From an uncultured Candidatus Saccharibacteria bacterium (GTDB lineage Bacteria > Patescibacteriota > Saccharimonadia > Saccharimonadales > Saccharimonadaceae), in assembly GCA_964581485.1 (NCBI GenBank), contig CAZOOQ010000001.1, forward strand, positions 8,529 to 64,273: DNA of 55,745 nt, given 5' to 3'. Positions 53,746-55,745 of the stretch are shown here, piece after piece; position 1 is the stretch's first letter; each line of letters opens with the position of its first letter. The notes under the pieces were generated by a model. It was not told the DNA's origin. It saw only the letters and a list, made by a program, of their open reading frames with translations, and did no database searches. Made by a program: the position numbers and the translations under genes.

Positions 53746-54792
53746 CTATTTGTCATCATTTTCGGCTGGCTCGTTCTCGGTGCCATCCGTCGTGTTCTTG
53801 AGTTTTGCCTCGGCGTTGCCGGCATTTACTTCGTAGCTGGTGTTGGTGCTCTCAAAGAAATTCACGAGTTCATAGGTGTCATTTGCTGTCGCCATCCACT
53901 TGGCGGGGTTACTGACGTTGAAATGTGGCTCAAACCCGAGCTCTTCGAGGCGGCGGTCAGTCAGATACTTGACGTATTGGTTGATGTAATCGGCGTTGAG
54001 ACCCAAGATGCCATTTGGCAAGAGGGCTTTGTTGTATTCCTCTTCCATCGCCACACCGTCGAGGATCATTTGCTTGATTTCCTCGGCGAACTCTTCGTCC
54101 TGCAAGTCTTCGTTTTCTTCGATGGTGGTCAGGATGAGGTTGATACCGAATTTCAAGTGCAATGATTCATCGCGAACAATCCAGTCGATGAGACTACCAA
54201 AGTTTCGGAGCAAGTTTCGTTGTCGGAAAGACAACGCTACCATGAAGCCCGAGTAGAACCAGATCCCTTCGAGAATAATATTGTAGGCAATAAGGTTTCG
54301 GATGAAGTCTTTTTTGCCTTCAGTCGTCGTGATATCCATGGTGTCTTCGGTCATGCGCTTGATAAAGCGTGTCTCGAACTCTTCTTTCTTGGCCATGGTG
54401 GCTTCGTCGACGTGTGCTGCGTAGGCTTGCTCACGGTCGATTGGGAATGTCTCGAGGACGTACTCAAACGCCATACAGTGGTTCGCTTCTTCCCACATCT
54501 GCTTGGCGAGGTACAAGTGACACTCGGCAGCATTGACGTATGGGTACACACCAAAAGCCAATGCTTTGTTCACCAGTAGCTCGTTTGGGTTGAAATAGCT
54601 CATCAGGAAGGTCACGGCGTGGCGCTCTTCGTCGCTCATTTTCTCCCAGTCGGCGAGGTCTTGTGCTAGCTGGATTTCGTTTGGAAACCACGTATTTGCC
54701 ACCGCCTGGTTGTACAAATCCATCGCCCACGGATAATGAATCGGCTTGAGCAGCAAGCCATCCTGAATGCCTGATCCTAAAATTTTTGCCAT
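53746..54792 (-). CDS. nrdB: Ribonucleotide reductase beta subunit, class Ic-like
   Basis: YPWA, EEANH, EGIWFYSGF, RDESLH, NFFE; Glu at ligand 1 and Phe at the radical-Tyr position. Confidence 0.95.
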   Translation of the reverse strand: MAKILGSGIQDGLLLKPIHYPWAMDLYNQAVANTWFPNEIQLAQDLADWEKMSDEERHAVTFLMSYFNPNELLVNKALAFGVYPYVNAAECHLYLAKQMWEEANHCMAFEYVLETFPIDREQAYAAHVDEATMAKKEEFETRFIKRMTEDTMDITTTEGKKDFIRNLIAYNIILEGIWFYSGFMVALSFRQRNLLRNFGSLIDWIVRDESLHLKFGINLILTTIEENEDLQDEEFAEEIKQMILDGVAMEEEYNKALLPNGILGLNADYINQYVKYLTDRRLEELGFEPHFNVSNPAKWMATANDTYELVNFFESTNTSYEVNAGNAEAKLKNTTDGTENEPAENDDK

Positions 54793-54801
54793 ATACCCCT
54801 C

Positions 54802-55041
54802 CTATTCCTTATTTACTTTGTCGAGATCTTCGAGCTCACTCCATGCAGCATCAAGTTGATCTGCAAAATACACCCTGCTCTCTTCGAGCTCGCACTTTGT
54901 GCTTGGTGTTGCACCGATTGGATTTGCAAGATTCTTCTCAAGCTCAAATAGTGCCATTACCGCGCCGTACATCGTCGACAGCAATCGTTCTCGTCGCCCG
55001 TACAACGCCTCAGTATCTGAATGTTTACGGCTATATTCCAT
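54802..55041 (-). CDS. Hypothetical small helical protein
   Basis: 79 aa, AGGA upstream, co-oriented within the nrd operon. Confidence 0.6.
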   Translation of the reverse strand: MEYSRKHSDTEALYGRRERLLSTMYGAVMALFELEKNLANPIGATPSTKCELEESRVYFADQLDAAWSELEDLDKVNKE

Positions 55042-55085
55042 ATATGTATCCTATCAATCACGCTGCGTTAGCGCGAGCATGAGCA

Positions 55086-55298
55086 CTACGATGCACTGAG
55101 CTCCATATCGAGTAGCGTTGATTGCCCCATTTGAGCATTGATGCGCTCCATCCGCTCTTTGAGAGCTTCTATCACCTCTGGAATTGGTGGCTGATTGGGG
55201 TCAATAATCGCGACACCTTGTGGTCCTAGCTCAACGCGGCTGTTAGGACGACTAGCTTGCAAGTCAAGAAATCCATCGGTAAGTTCAAACTTTGGCAT
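55086..55298 (-). CDS. Hypothetical small protein
   Basis: ATG overlaps the upstream stop (TAATG); MPKFELTDGFLDLQ... Confidence 0.6.
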   Translation of the reverse strand: MPKFELTDGFLDLQASRPNSRVELGPQGVAIIDPNQPPIPEVIEALKERMERINAQMGQSTLLDMELSAS

Positions 55299-55471
55299 TA
55301 TTGGCACCCCTCACACATCGTCAAATCTGCTGGATCGATTGGTGCTGCTACTTCACCACGAGAGCGCGCTTCGGCATCGGCCGTCGCTTGTGCTTCTTTC
55401 ATGGCGATGTCGATTGCTGCCAATTTTTCTTCTAGTGTCATGTTGTCGTTTACGATTGCGCTTGCATTCAT
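55298..55471 (-). CDS. 57-aa stand-alone NrdA-tail-like CxxC protein
   Basis: MNASAIVNDNMTLEEKLAAIDIAMKEAQATADAEARSRGEVAAPIDPADLTMCEGCQ; AGGGGG SD-like site; directly downstream of nrdA. Confidence 0.85.
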   Translation of the reverse strand: MNASAIVNDNMTLEEKLAAIDIAMKEAQATADAEARSRGEVAAPIDPADLTMCEGCQ

Positions 55472-55542
55472 GGTTGTTCCCCCTATTTTTTGCTTGGATT
55501 AGTTATACGTTGATTCGCTGTTCTTTATCCGTCGGTCATCTG

Positions 55543-55745
55543 CTACACTGCCTGTTTCTTGGCGAAGCCGAATCCGACTTTTTTGCCACCAGATTTTGCG
55601 ATTTCTTCGGTTTTGTTCACTCTCGTCGTGCTTTGTTCGGCCTGGTGCCGCGGCTTCATGTGCAGATAGTAGGTCGTTTTGAGGCCGCGTTTCCAGGCTT
55701 CCATATAGACTTTTTCCATGTCGTCGATACTACGTGTGTCGAGGT
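55543..55745 (-). CDS. nrdA: Ribonucleotide reductase alpha subunit, C-terminal 66 aa (runs off the window end)
   Basis: Manual translation: ...VYMEAWKRGLKTTYYLHMKPRHQAEQSTTRVNKTEEIAKSGGKKVGFGFAKKQAV*, containing the GLKTxYY motif. Confidence 0.93.
   Translation of the reverse strand, partial: LDTRSIDDMEKVYMEAWKRGLKTTYYLHMKPRHQAEQSTTRVNKTEEIAKSGGKKVGFGFAKKQAV

Noticed and set aside
55471-55545. Readthrough or frameshift fusing nrdA to the CxxC ORF
   Set aside because: The frames differ. The nrdA frame hits TAA six codons after its TAG, and the small-ORF frame has a TAA ten codons before its ATG.

Overview
Chromosomal segment of a small-genome bacterium, most likely Candidatus Saccharibacteria (Patescibacteria/CPR). 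This is inferred from gene content, protein styles and standard genetic code, not from a database search. Most genes are on the minus strand. Housekeeping genes (ftsK, rnj, udg, pnp, hpt, rpsO, truB, rpsT, holA, mutM, dut, polA, rpoD, dnaG, corA, orn, mscL, argS, pyrG, zupT, nrdB and the 3' end of nrdA) are interleaved with orphan and cell-surface genes. I found no rRNA, tRNA, CRISPR array or transposase. The most notable observation is at the ribonucleotide reductase locus. NrdA ends without the C-terminal cysteine pair, and a separate 57-aa gene directly downstream (missed by the ORF track) ends in CEGCQ. This suggests the redox tail is supplied in trans to a class Ic-type enzyme. Other highlights are a five-gene WxL/DUF916-like putative fimbrial cluster, a palindromic in-frame insertion in polA, a small gene whose Shine-Dalgarno can be locked by its own 3' end, a 118-nt rod-like intergenic hairpin, frequent leaderless-type promoters, and two disrupted genes (one nonsense codon, one frameshift).
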